A DNA stretch of 64,000 nt, taken from assembly GCA_037447605.1 (NCBI GenBank), contig CM074807.1:1674001-1738000 (forward strand), read 5' to 3'. Origin of the DNA: Zygnema circumcarinatum SAG 698-1b (Eukaryota; Plantae; Zygnematophyceae). Under the pieces are notes generated by a model. It was given only the letters and a program-made list of their open reading frames with translations. It had not been told where the DNA came from and searched no databases. Position numbers and translations under genes: made by a program. Positions 46,330 through 59,229 of the stretch are shown here, in pieces. Numbering within the stretch: position 1 is the stretch's first letter; each line of letters begins with the position of its first letter.

Positions 46330-49300
46330 CTATGAAAAGATGTCTTTAAACAACACTGGGTTCGTTCCGCTAGTAATCACCCCTGCTTGCCTGGCAACTG
46401 CATCCTTCTGCAGAGCTGCCTCGCTTGAAGGGCCCTTCTTTACCAGCCCAGCGGCTGGCCCACTTGCTAAGCCTGGCAAGGGCCCTCCATCCGATAGGGA
46501 CAACAGATTCAGCTCTCCCACCGCACCATGCGCCGAAGTTCCATTACCTGACGTAAGGGCCGGACTGATATCTACACTGAGGAGGCCTTCCAACTGCTTG
46601 AACGGGTCTACAGAGGGCTGCTGTGGAGGAGCAGGCTCATCATCCCCAAAATTAAGGAGGTCTGGGGGGGGAGGGGGGGCTTCTTTGGGAGGGGCTGGAG
46701 CAGCATGCTTGCTCTCTCCTCCCCCTGAGCCTGGTCTGGCCTGTTCACTCTTTGCTGCAGAAGGCTTGCCAGCCTTTGATCCAGCCGCTCTCCCAACCCC
46801 TCCTCCTTCTCCTGCTCTCACGCCCCCAAACAAAGAGGCTGCCAGCTTCTGCTTTTCCTCAGAAACCTCTGGTTTCTTGCGCCTATCACCGTACCGTGGG
46901 GGTGGCTCATATGCAGCACCTCCAGAAGGCTCCCGACTGAAGCTTCCCGAGTCTGCGGGAGCGGCTCCATTGCTATGCGGATTCCTTTCTGACGATGACG
47001 CCGCGGATGCTGCGGGAGTGTATGTTGGCCGCCCCCACTTCTTCTGTACGCCGTCCAACCGCAGACGCGCCGACTCGGGTTTGCTTAAGTCCACCTCAGG
47101 AAGAGCCGCCTTTTCTCCCTTGTAAGGGACCAAGTCTCCATGGCTGCTCCTTCTAGGTAAGTTCCTGTCTTGCTCGACCAAGCTGCCGCTTGAGCTTGAA
47201 GATGGCAGAGCAAGTGGAGGGGTGGAGGCCCTCACAGGGATGGTTGGCTTCTCATAAGCTTCAAAGCGAAGCGATCTCTCTGCTGGATGCTCATGTGAGT
47301 CAGCATTAGCGGTAACCATAGAGCTGGCATTGCCGTTCCTTTCACTTTCAGGAAGGTATGGCTTCGCTCCTTTCTCAAGGGCTTCTCGCACAAAATTGTC
47401 AAGAAACGAGAGGCTCTTATCCACCTGCACATGCCAACATAATCCATCAGTTGGTGGATATCCCAGCCATACATGTTTCTCTCGCAGTGTCATTAACAGC
47501 AATCTCACCCTTTAAGGTCCATATCTTTCAGCACCATAACACTATCAAGTCACCGTCATTCGAACTGAATCCGTTTGGAACCTACACCACCTTCTGGGAT
47601 AAGTTATGCAAAGATCAAACAACCTCGATAAGTATACAATTCTCCTGTACATATGCAGAGGCATACCTCAATGTCCTCGCAACTGGCATCGCGAGGCAGA
47701 ACACTCGCCACGGTCTCGGGAGTGAGGCCCATAAGGGACTGCAGCTCATAGGCCCTTTGCTGAAGATCCGTGGAGTGCGATGCAGACAAGTCATCTATGA
47801 GGGAACGCACCTGCCCCTCAACAGAAAACATGTCAGCGATTTAAACGAGACAGAAAAAGGTTGGCGCAACAGGACAACCTGCCAACCGGTAACTGCTGCT
47901 GCCCACACAAAAAGAAGATCAGTGGAATAGAGAGCATGCTCAGTTTTAAAGTAAGGCCAAATTGGGAAGGGGCAGGCTTGCAAATGGATGCAGGCATCCA
48001 ATGCAAGCCCACCGATTTGTGAGCATGACGTGGACCCACAGAGCATATAATAGTAACGCATTGTAAACAACCAAAAAAGGGAACATGTGTTATGACAGCT
48101 ACTGAAACAGAGGAAGGAGCATGGATGACACTCCTATCACCTTAAAGCACTAAATAACAATGCCAGTGATATTTCAAGACTGGATCCACGCACACCAAAA
48201 AGCCACAGACACATTCAGTCTCCAAACTCCCAAGGAAGAAAGTAACATATATCTTCCACCGGCCATTGCAGCTTTCATGTGTTAAGCAAAAGGGCCTTGC
48301 CTCCGGGAAGAGACGGGGCCGCCGACCCGCGCCAATCTCAAAGGCGATGATCTTCGTGATGGCACTGATTGCATAGCCCTGTTGTGGGAACAATGAATAC
48401 GCAACAGAAGGCTGAAATATGTGAGCTTCTTGCTGCCAGGGAAAGCAGGGGCAATTGAACAAGCTAAAATCCCTATTAACTCATTTGGAACGTCATTATA
48501 TGTGGAAACTCGGGAGCAAATTTAGTCATTCTAAGTTTTCAGAGATGAGTAAATGAAGGCGAGTTAATCACACTAGTGCCTGGTTGGTGGTTTTTTGCTA
48601 CTGCAGGTATCAAGGATCAGAATGATTTGGCACTTTCAGATTCTTTACGGACTTGGTCCTGGAGTAAGGAGGATGATGCATTGTAAAATTGAAGTAGAAG
48701 GCAAACTGAGCAAGTATTGGCACCATACTTATTTTATCTCTTGTAGTGGGCTCTAATTTACAGAATAAGGGCCACTTCTGTTCAAGATATTGCCATGTTT
48801 GACACTTTCAACTATTCGAAGAAACAGGTTGGTTTTGGTTACCCTATATGATTGGTCATTATATGTGAAAGGGATGAACATTTTGGAGGCATAAAAGTCA
48901 AACTGGATAGTATAATAAATATCTGGCCCCTAACAGAGCCTGAGAGATTACTTCCTTTGTAAGTCCAAAACCCACCAGAACAACGTCATCCGTTGAATGG
49001 CTTTCAGCCACATCACAAAGGCGAGAAATGATATCTTCAGTACTGTGAGTGCCATCGGCAGTTCCATACTCTCCAAGGACCCAACAGATGACCTGCCCAG
49101 CCAGGAGTACAGTGAGGCTTTGGGAGAAATTCTGAGAAAGGGATAGCTCAGGCAGCTCAGAACTCAATGTCCATTACAAGGAGCTCCTTCAGGCAGCACA
49201 TGCAAGCTTTTGCAAGATTGAAATCAAGGCTGGAACCGAGATTTATCCTAATTTCTTCAAATTAAAAAGCATAGATATTGAGTAGTGACTAGTATTTGAC

Positions 49301-52300
49301 TAGTACAGGACAAGGGATGCATACATCCACATAAACACCCATCTTCACCCATAACATCACTTTCCTTAGGTCCAGTGTAACCATCATGAAGCACAACAGG
49401 CCATCCTTTGAAGCTCAAAAGAAACAAACGAAATGCCTTGCAAACAAGGAAATGATCCCAACCTGCAAAAGGATTGAAGGCAGTTTGGGCTCCTCCAACA
49501 GCTTTAAATACGACTCCACCTGCTCCGTCAAAAAAGTAGGATCCAATCCCATGTCCCCAGAAGTTATGGCAGCGAAAGCACAAAGCTTTTACTACTCAGT
49601 CGAGAAAGAGACCCGAAAATTCTGACTGTTTTTATAGGCAGGCAGTCCTGCTTACCGCCGACGAGCGCAGGAGCGTGTCCGCATCGTCGTCGTCCTCCCC
49701 ACTGCCCTCCGCGATGAGACGCATGAGATCGTGAGCTGCTTTGGGGCGAACAAGGTCCCCTGCCAGCTCAAATACTGAATTCATGGTCTGCAGGGCAGCA
49801 GAGCAAGTGTCAGCAAAAAGGAAAATAGAAGCTTCAGTTTGTGTCATATTCGGTTGTTGGCCCTTAAAGGCTGTTTCTCACTGCTGTCGAGAGGATCGGG
49901 CTATTTTCCGTCAAGGGTGATAAAAGACAGGGAGGGGATCAGCTTAGTTTGGACTCCCAAGCGGGTGTGCTTCATGCCTAAGTAATGCAGATGCAGGACA
50001 CAATTTGCTGTTTGGATCAATTTGAGCAACAGAGCTAAAATGACTGAAACCGCAGCAGTGGAAGCCACGTGTCTGCATAAACAAGCTCCGGCCGCTCACC
50101 TGAATGAACCACTGGTTGGTGGGGGCATAGCGCTCTGCGAGCTCAATGATCCGCGATGCGATCTCCAGCTTGCCATGAGCATCCTGGACTGTTCCCATGT
50201 ACTGAATCATGCGTTCTACAATAACTTCTACATTGACTGCACTTGTCATCTTGTACAACAGGTCTAACGTCTTCCTCTTCAGAGTGTCATCAGGATCCTG
50301 CCACAAAACCAATTACAGAAAAAAAAAACAGTTGAGGCTTCTTGAGAAAAATCGGAGGTAGATGCACCAAAGACGTACAAATAACCGCTACGGCCTGGAA
50401 AAAGCTATTGCCTAACTCTTTTAAGAGAACGGCTTCGCCAAATTTTATCTTATTCTACTTCCCAGGGCCTTTTGGTGGTGAAAAGATAAAATTCGGAGAA
50501 CCCTACCTATCTCTGCCAACCTGCGTCAGTCCCCATTCAGGAACGTGCCTTCACCAGCTAACGGTCAGATATTAGAGGAAGACAAGATGGGGTCTAACTG
50601 CTCCAATTTGTCCTGATGGCCAGACATGTCCTATTAAGTAGGGGATTGCATCGAAGAAGCAGAATCATTTACTCGCAGAACCACAGGGCGAGTCCCTCAC
50701 AGCAGCAAGTCTCCTGATGCGAGAACTTCCTCGCACATCAAGCACGAATGTACTAAGAGGTGTTCTTCTCAGAAAATGGGCAAGTGAACAAACCTCAAGA
50801 CAGTCGATAACTGCCAGCTGATGTTCGTTTGCAAACTCGGAGTTGATCTTGACCACACGCCCGAGAGCATCGATACCCATGTACTTCAGATTGTGACTGT
50901 CACTCTGCGGCCGGGTCAGCACAAAACAGAGAGGTTAAGGCAGTCTGCTATTCCCATCCAGCCTCGACTAGTGTAGCCCTTCCTTAAATTTTATTGTACT
51001 ACAAGCGTCGAAAAAAAAAAATGATATCCGTGCCCCTTACCCAACGCAAGGTAATGCTTAAAGCCAGGAGTCATTCTGTTTGAAATATGAGAATAGAAAA
51101 TGAAGGCAAATAGTAGCCTGCTTGACAATTTCACCAGGTCTAATGATAGCACGGTGAGAATAGAAGACATCTTTCAGGTGAACTCCATCCAAAGAGGAAC
51201 AATGTCTATCTCCCCTATCGAACAAAATAACAGCTTCTCCTTAGCTGGCTAATTCTCATATCGGATGACCAACTCTCTGCTCTTGAAGAAGATGACAACA
51301 GAGAAGTTCCTGGGGGGTCTTGCTTCTAAGGTCACATAAGGGGACGAAAGATAACGACAAGAAATTGATTGAGATAGTGATATTGATCTCAAGATAACAA
51401 TGTAGCCTCAAAACTGAGTTTCACAACTCAAGCCTCACGCAATAGGCTACAAGGAAAACGTTGGTGAGGGGCCATCCTAAATCAGAATTGACTAGAACAA
51501 AGTCGATACCAAGCAGATAGAGTTTCACACCTTCAAAAAACGAGAAGTGATGTCGGCACAAGTGACAAGCAGCTTTGTGCTGGGAAAGATGCTAGTGATT
51601 GTGCAGCAGCACTCGTAAAGTATTGCGTTGCCAATGTTGATGCTCGAGTCGCTGCGCTTCAAGACATCGGTCAAGACTGCGTACATGTGTTCACTGGCTC
51701 CCTTATCATTTGCTCCCAGCAGTGCAAGGATCTTTAAAAGTTTTATCTGCTCCCATCAAGTACAGTTCTTCAAGGTCAGCTCAAAAAGAGAATTAGAAAA
51801 GGGAAGTTGGAAAGCACGAACCAACGGGGAGTGACATGTCTGTTCAGGCAAAAACGAGCTTTTTTCTTTTTGAATTTTTTGCCTCTTGTACACTCTATAC
51901 CAACCCTTGCAGGCTATATCTCCACCCGGGCTATTATTTTCTAAGAAGATACATTGAGAAAAATGAGACATATATACTTTGGCACTATTTGTGACAAGAA
52001 TACAGATTGACATTTTTGTCATTTGGATTTTTTGACATTTTTGAAGTCACTAACAGCAATGAATGCATGCGCTAGCAAATGAACTGATAGCTCTCTTGGT
52101 TGAGTCAGCTGTTCTTGCAGTTAGCTGGCAAGCTCAGGACTTCTGCCTCATTCACGTACAGGCTCAAGATTGTTTCTTTAATTCTGCAAAAAAGAACAGC
52201 TCTAAAAATTCGGCTTCACATAGGAAATCAGTGCGCTCAGCTTAGCTTCACCAAACATAGAATAACGTACCTGCACAAAAGGAGCTGAAGTCTTATGATA

Positions 52301-53695
52301 ATTATATGCATTAGGCAGACGACTCTCTGCCACTTGCTTCAGTATGCTTACAAAGCTAGCCACAAGATTTTTGTAGCTAGCGACATCCGCGCTGACAAGG
52401 TCGTATAGGGCGCACAAAGCGGCACTCATCACACTCGGATCTTTGTCACAGAGCACCTGCCAGAACACCAAATTCCCCCAATTCTCGTCAAATAATTTCC
52501 AAGTGATCCAAACGGTCACAGCTGCAAAGGAGATAATCGACTTATTGCTCCTCTGAAGTTCGGTCAAAACCCTATAATCTAGCTGCTAGAGAACATAATT
52601 CTAAAGGAGCTCAGCCAAGGGAAAAATAAGGTCAGATTAAGGAGTCCTCGACCTTGAAAGCCTGTATTTCAGTCTGATCCCAGCAAAGAAATCGAAGTGT
52701 TGACTATGAACAACTTCAAGGGCGAACAAAGTGATAGGCTGCGAAGCCACCATCGATTGCTAAAGACAGGTTTGAAAACCTGTTCCCGAACGAATAAAGC
52801 TGCTCACTCACTCGGTATTCGAATCCTTTGCCGCCTAGAAATTAAAAAAAAGAGAACTGGGGACTCCGTTCGAGAAACAAATGAAATGAATGGCTGTGCT
52901 TCAAACATCACCGCCTAAATGAAGAGGTTCACTGCATAACTGTTTTACGTTTACAAAATACACTTGATCGGTGTTTGCTCAAGGGTAAGTTGTATGCGGA
53001 TTTACATGATACAGCCATGTGACCCCAAATTGCCGTGCAAAGAGTACATGAGACAACAAGGTTTTCTGGCTTTTAAAACGGGACCTCACCTGCCGGAACT
53101 TTGGCACAACATGCGACACACTTGATGGAGATTTCTGATAGAAGTGATGAAGGGCCATGACGGACTTCTTGCGGACAACTTCTTTGGGATGGTTCAGCAG
53201 CTCCACAACTTGCGGAAGCACAGCAGGAATTGTCTCTTCATTGATCAGCTTGCAGACAGCGCCCAGCGCAGCACAAACCACGAGGTGGTTGTCAGACTTG
53301 AGATCTTTTTGAATGGTGTTCACAATGAGGATGATGAGATCATGGTTCTCGTCCAGAAATAGCGTAACTGCAAGATAGCCCGTCTTCTTCAGCAGCAAGT
53401 TGTCATCATGAGTCATTTTGACTGCATGAATGTATCCAAACGATGCATCATGACCCAGCATTTCCACATACACGAGCCGAATTATGTACTCCTTCATCTT
53501 GCGCTTTGGCACATCCGGTTCTGCAATTTTTTTTTTGAGCGTTTCAATCTCTGAAGTGACAATCCGATCCTCTTCCGCTTTTGACTTAGCCTCTCCGATG
53601 GCCTTCACCAGGTCCAGAAACTCCTTGGACGACCCCCAGGATCCCTGCCCCGCCATGGCCAGCTCCCTTCCCACGAAAGTTTTGAGCTGCTCCAT
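46330..53695 (-). CDS. AP4E1: AP-4 adaptor complex subunit epsilon, multi-exon
   Basis: MEQLKTFVGREL..SKEFLDLVKAIGEAKSKAEEDRIV..KMKEYIIRLVYVEMLGHDASFGYIHAVK; SDSHNLKYMGIDALG; DPDDTLKRKTLDLLYKMT; ELAERYAPTNQWFIQ; VICWVLGEYG; STDLQQRAYE; RLDGVQKKWGRP; PPPPPDLL; C-terminal LFKDIFS*. Confidence 0.96.
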
Positions 53696-54413
53696 GGCGC
53701 CCTCCTCCCTCCTCCCTCCTCCAGCAAGTCCACCCGCGCGAGCAGAAGAACGAGGCTTGCACCAACCCCCCTTCGAGCAGCAGCCATCGCCGCACATCAC
53801 CTTTTGTTATGTCGCGGATGCGCACAGCACGCATCATCGGATGTTACCACACCATACATATTCGTACCATGGATAAAAAAGTACACAATATTGTACGTAT
53901 GGAAAGTACTGTACGGTTTGTTGTCTTTCTGCACGGCAGCATGAAGGCGGCCAACGGCGATGAGAGAGGGCTCTGAGAGGGATGCTTTTCTGCTCCGCTT
54001 GAAGGCTCGTGGCGGCTTTGGGCTCAACAAAGAGTGGCTGCAAACTGGGGGGAGTCACCGCATAACTACCACATGGCATTTCAAATCGTCTGTGGTCGAC
54101 ACATTCATCGTTTAAGATCATTCCGGGCACACGAGTTGCTCTTTATTACAACCTATTTTCTGTGAGAAAATGGCACCCTGCATGGAAACAGGAGACCAAA
54201 ACAGGCTCTATTGACAAAGCGAATTTTCAGACCTATTCTTTTGTTCTTCACTCATCCAACCTGGCCTGGCCCAGCCTGGGCTCTAATTGGAAGCTGCTTG
54301 TATATACGCACATGCACAGAGAATAGGCGGAGGAATGGGCGCTATCAATAATTTTCCTTTTCAAAACGAAGAGTTTCGGAGCCTCTACTGTCGAGAAGAT
54401 GCACGCAAAAGGT

Positions 54414-57400
54414 CTAATCAACCGGATGTTTGTCGGCGCGTTGCGACGTGTGGTGTGCAGTGATTAGGAGGAGAGAGAGCAGAGAGCTTGCAATGAATAT
54501 GGCGTCAAACCAGCGGTGATAAAAGTTGAACTGAATGTCGCCTCCAAGCACCTCCTTTATAATGTTCCTGAAGATGTCACACAACATCTTGTCAAAATCA
54601 GAGCCCGCCATCAAGCCAGAGCCATGCCACGTCCTTTCCGCCATCAATTATCATGTGAACATAACTGTAGCACGCAGAAAAAAGGGAGCCCATAAATAAT
54701 ACTTTATTTGTATCATCCTGTCGACAAACCCTGTGGTGTTGCTCTCTCAAGCAGAAGGGAGGGAGGGTCGTACCCATATCTTTGTGGCAGGCTCTTGCGA
54801 ATGAGCAGCACAGAAGACACAAAGTACATTCCCATTATTTCTGTCAAAAAGAGGACCACATTGCTAGAGGTGCCACTCCCCCCGCCTGACACCGCAAAAA
54901 GGAACTGCACAAACCACAAAAGCCCTTGCATGTCCCCGTTGGATTGGATCTTCAATAGAATTTGTGTGAACTTCATGGCCTGAGCTCGTCACAATGATAT
55001 CCTATCCCGCCTCTACTTTGCGTCCTAGCTTGCTGCAAAAGACATGTATGCGAAGTTTGTTGTGCCCCACCTCCTTGATGCACAGTCAGCAATTCACGAT
55101 TGCAACTCGAGGCGCTTAACTCACCTTCATAAGGTTGGAGAGGAAACCACGCAGGGAGATGGTTATGAGCATTCCAATAAATAGCAGCGAGATGTACTGC
55201 ATTGTGCATCCCCACCCCCCCACCAATGAGTTGAATCCGCATAGAATACAAAGTGGCACTTATTCATCCGTAGGGGCATGCAAATCCTTCCTTGGGAGGG
55301 CGACAATTCAAAAGTTTTAAACTTCATTCTGGGCTTCTGCAGATGCATCAACAGTAACGTTAGCATGCATCATTGAATCTCATATGGCAGGCCCACAATT
55401 TGGCTCGATACATTGCTCTAACCACTGTTGTCTCATTTTTAAAGCAGAGACTAGCCATCATCGGCAGTGCTCACTCGAGGCATTAGGCGTTGGAAAGAGG
55501 AGGAGTCTCACCTGTGACCAGAGAGGCACGTTAAGGGCAATGTGGAAAAAGTGAAGCAGAAAACTGATAGTGGCTGTCACGGGATCACCGCTGCCCAACT
55601 GCACCCTTCCATGACCTGCTCAAAAGCGTGGCCTCCTAAAAGCCTAAAGATGGGCACAGCAGTGGCAAACCCTCGCTCCTGCTTCTGCTTCACTTGCTTC
55701 CAACATGGATGCGACTTTCGTACCTCTTTGAAGATCACACTCCTCATAGACTGCAAAAAAACAAGAACAACCTTCAGGAACTGGACTAGGAGCAAGCCTA
55801 CATGCAGTATAATAAGCATTTTGAACAAGAGTGTCATTGAAAGACTGCCACACCATTGATAAGCCCGTCGAGCAAGGGACTTACACTGTACATCTTGTAC
55901 ACACAATATACTGAGCATGCGTAGCCCAGTAAGTTCTTCACATGCCCCTTCCAAGTTCGGGAGTAGGCCATGGCCTCCTGCACAGTCAAATACATTAAAG
56001 TAAGCTCTTTGCTGTGACATTTCGCCCAAAGTGCCCGTCAGCAGCTTGAGAGTGCTCGCACCTTTGCCTGCCGCAGTTCGCAGATGTCCAAGAAAAGGCT
56101 CTTTGATAGGTCCTCCAAGGCTCGCACTTCCGCCTCCACGCCCTTCATATCTGCATCAGCTCCCCAGCCAAACTCGTTTTTATTCCCTCCAATAGAACAG
56201 TTTTGGTTGAGGTCTATCAAGCAGGAGAAATAAAATAAAAGCATGAGAAATCTACGAAAGTGATGCCAATTTCCACCAATATCAGCAAGACAGGTCCCTA
56301 TTGGAACGTGCGGTATGATTCCCTCTCTCTCTCGTAGCCCCTCCAGCAGCTCTCCAGCTCTGTCAGAAGCCCTGCCTTGGATGGGGGAGCTGCCCACCAC
56401 AGTGCCCACCAGCCGCTGCAGAAAGGAGGCCTCCTCTGCATCTCGAGCCTGCCAGGCCAAGCTCGGCATAAGAACGTCTGCCTGTTCAAAAACGCACTGC
56501 TAACGGATTCTAGTTGGATAATGTTTGTATAATGGATCAAGACCTTGAAATCCCCCAGCCTATGCTGCAACTCACAAAGCTCCTAGAGGAGGTAACGCTC
56601 AAGACTAGCAATCGAGAGAAGACTGTTGTAAAGAGATGGAGATTATGGTCTCACCTGTTGCTTGCCCTGCTTGCGCTCGCGATCAATTCGTGCCAAAACT
56701 ATTCTCTTCTTCTTGCTTACACATAACTCCATGGCCTGCATTAGCCGCCTCTCCAAAATGGCTATGTCTTCCTCCTCAATCTCTCTGCACCCATTGAAAG
56801 GCATACTGCACAGTTAGTGAGAGCAACAAAAGACAGCCTGACTCTTGCTGGCGATCGCCATGCGATGAAGAGATGAGTAGAGATAGAACGAATATCACCT
56901 TATGAACAGTGAGAGGTAGCTGTACGGCAGATTAACGGCACCATAACCAGAAAGCACGGCCATGAGAGAGACACCAATGACACCCACTCTACTGACTAGC
57001 TGGGCGATAGTGAAAAAACCTGCAGAACCGGGACAGAAGTTAGTAAGCCAATCGGGGCAGCTTAGAAACCGTCAGTCTCTTCAAAACCATTGCCTCCATG
57101 AATGCGGTCACAAACTGAACGATGCTGTGGGTTTTTGTTCGAAATTGCTTTCTGAAAGGCTGAGGACTACAGGACCAGTCTCATGTCCCCCTTTAAGTAG
57201 TAAAGGAGAAAACTGCATACCTTTGTCAGGGGAAGGCATAGGGAAATGAATGCCCATGCGCCAAAACGCATACAGAAAGCTTGCCAGAAAAAGAAGAGCT
57301 CCAAGTGCAGCTCGTCCTCTCTGCATGCCTGCGCGTTTCCAACCGCACCGTTAGCCCATTGGCAGTTACAACATCCAGCTGAACAAAGGTGAACTAAGCG

Positions 57401-58678
57401 TAGTCAAACCCTGATACTAGGAAACGAAATGGACCCAGAAAGCTGATGCTAATTTTCTTCTGCACGCTAATGAACACAGTAGCGAGAAAACTGAGCCTGA
57501 TCCGAAGAATTGAGCAGGAGGAAGCTGCGCAATCCTTGTATTTACACTAGAAGTGAATACCTCTTGGCATGGTTGATATAACTTGGCATGAGGATCAACA
57601 CAATTCAGAAAAAACTGATCTGAGGAGAACATACCAGTGTTGCATAGGATCATGAAGCAGTGATAGTATGGCAAAACGAAAACCAAAATCGTAATGAGAC
57701 AAAAGAGGTCGATTCTCCAGTTAAGCAGCCGAGTGCTGCATGCCAACCACAGTATGACATGCCATCAGCGCTGCATGTTTCCATGCTCTTCACATCCCTC
57801 ACGTACCACCTCATGAGCCATTTGTCATTTATAGGCCTTATCTAACTGCTTCTCCCATTTAAAATCTGTGGCAGGGTCCTACTAGATGGTGATTTTTATT
57901 GTGTTCGATCTATCTAGTTGCCTTTATATGCACTATAGTGTGTATATTATTGTAGACCAAATTCCCAAATGACCTACCTTTTTTTCCTTTAAAGATGAAA
58001 AAAAAATCCAATGAAAAAATTTCATGTAAGCCCAGCAAATTAGCTGAATCTGATCAAACTAAAAAATAAACAAATGGACGGCGCATTGAGAGTGAACTTG
58101 GTAGTTAGATTTGTGTTAGCTGAACAAATGTATCCCTTGACTCATGTTGTTGATGCTCGTGTTCTTGACAATGCCCTCAGCGACAATGCCATTAACTTGG
58201 CATTTTCAGACTTTTAGCTACGAGATGTCTGGCAAATAGCATTCCGGCACTCCATTCCTTAGTCTACTGTCGGAATCTGTAGCGGAAATTCCATCCCGCT
58301 ACTTGTTCCAACAGCAAATTTTGAAATTGGACCTTAATTATTAATAACAAAGGTAGAATATCAAATTTCCCAAAAACCGAGAATCGAGCACGACGAATTG
58401 GCAATGTAAGATGAATTTAATCCGAAAATTTCAATGGTCACAAGAAGAAGGGCGAGCCATGCAGACCTGCGATCAAGCAGGGGCAGAATCTCGAAGAGCA
58501 CGAGCTGGAGCAGGTTGCAGGAGAGCGCGAAAACCGTGCAGAAGAGCACGTCCGGAGCGAGCAGCTTCTGCTCGTAGTCCTTGTACAGCTTGGTGTGGAG
58601 GAACCACCAGGCCGCGCCCGCCAGCGCGCCCAGCGAGCCCGCCACAAGCCCCGCCTCTGCCGCCCGCTGCAAGAACAT
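54414..58678 (-). CDS. GTG1: GPCR-type G protein GTG1/GTG2 (GPR89/Golgi pH regulator family), multi-exon
   Basis: [34 protein letters not shown]; [20 protein letters not shown]; [20 protein letters not shown]; [35 protein letters not shown]; [24 protein letters not shown]; [26 protein letters not shown]. Confidence 0.96.
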
Positions 58679-59229
58679 GGCGCCCGCCCCTTCCCCCTTC
58701 CCCTCCCTCCCTCCCTATCCCTCTCTCTCTCTCCCTCCCTCCGCACCGCCCTCACCAAGGGCCCTCTGCGCTCATCAGCTCGGCGGCCATAGCCAGCCCC
58801 CTGGCCGCTCCTCCTCGTACAGGCCGGCCCTCGTCGCCATCATTCCCTCGTTTTCACCATTCGCTCTTCCCGCAAATGTCGCGCGCTCTGCCCGACAGAC
58901 GACCTTCCTGACGATATCGATACGCCGCGATGCATATCGTATCGTCATAAAAAGTCATACCGCATAAGGTACCTTTCCGATACGATATTTGACCATTGGC
59001 AGGCAGGTGGGCAGTCAAGCGCCCCTCCCTCCCTCCCAGTTGTCGCCTCTCTCCCTCTGTCGTCCCGCGTCCCTCTCTGCCTCCTGCTCTTCCCCCCTCT
59101 CTCTATCTCTCCCTCCTACACCCTCTTTCTTTCTTTGTATTCATCTCTTTCTCTCTCTTTCTTTCCATCTCTCCCTCTCTCTCTCTCTCTCGCGCGCTCC
59201 CTCTCTCCTGTGCGGCGGTGCCACGTGGC

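Noticed and set aside
46286-47125. 279-aa plus-strand ORF
   Set aside because: Antisense shadow of the GC-rich last exon of AP-4 epsilon.
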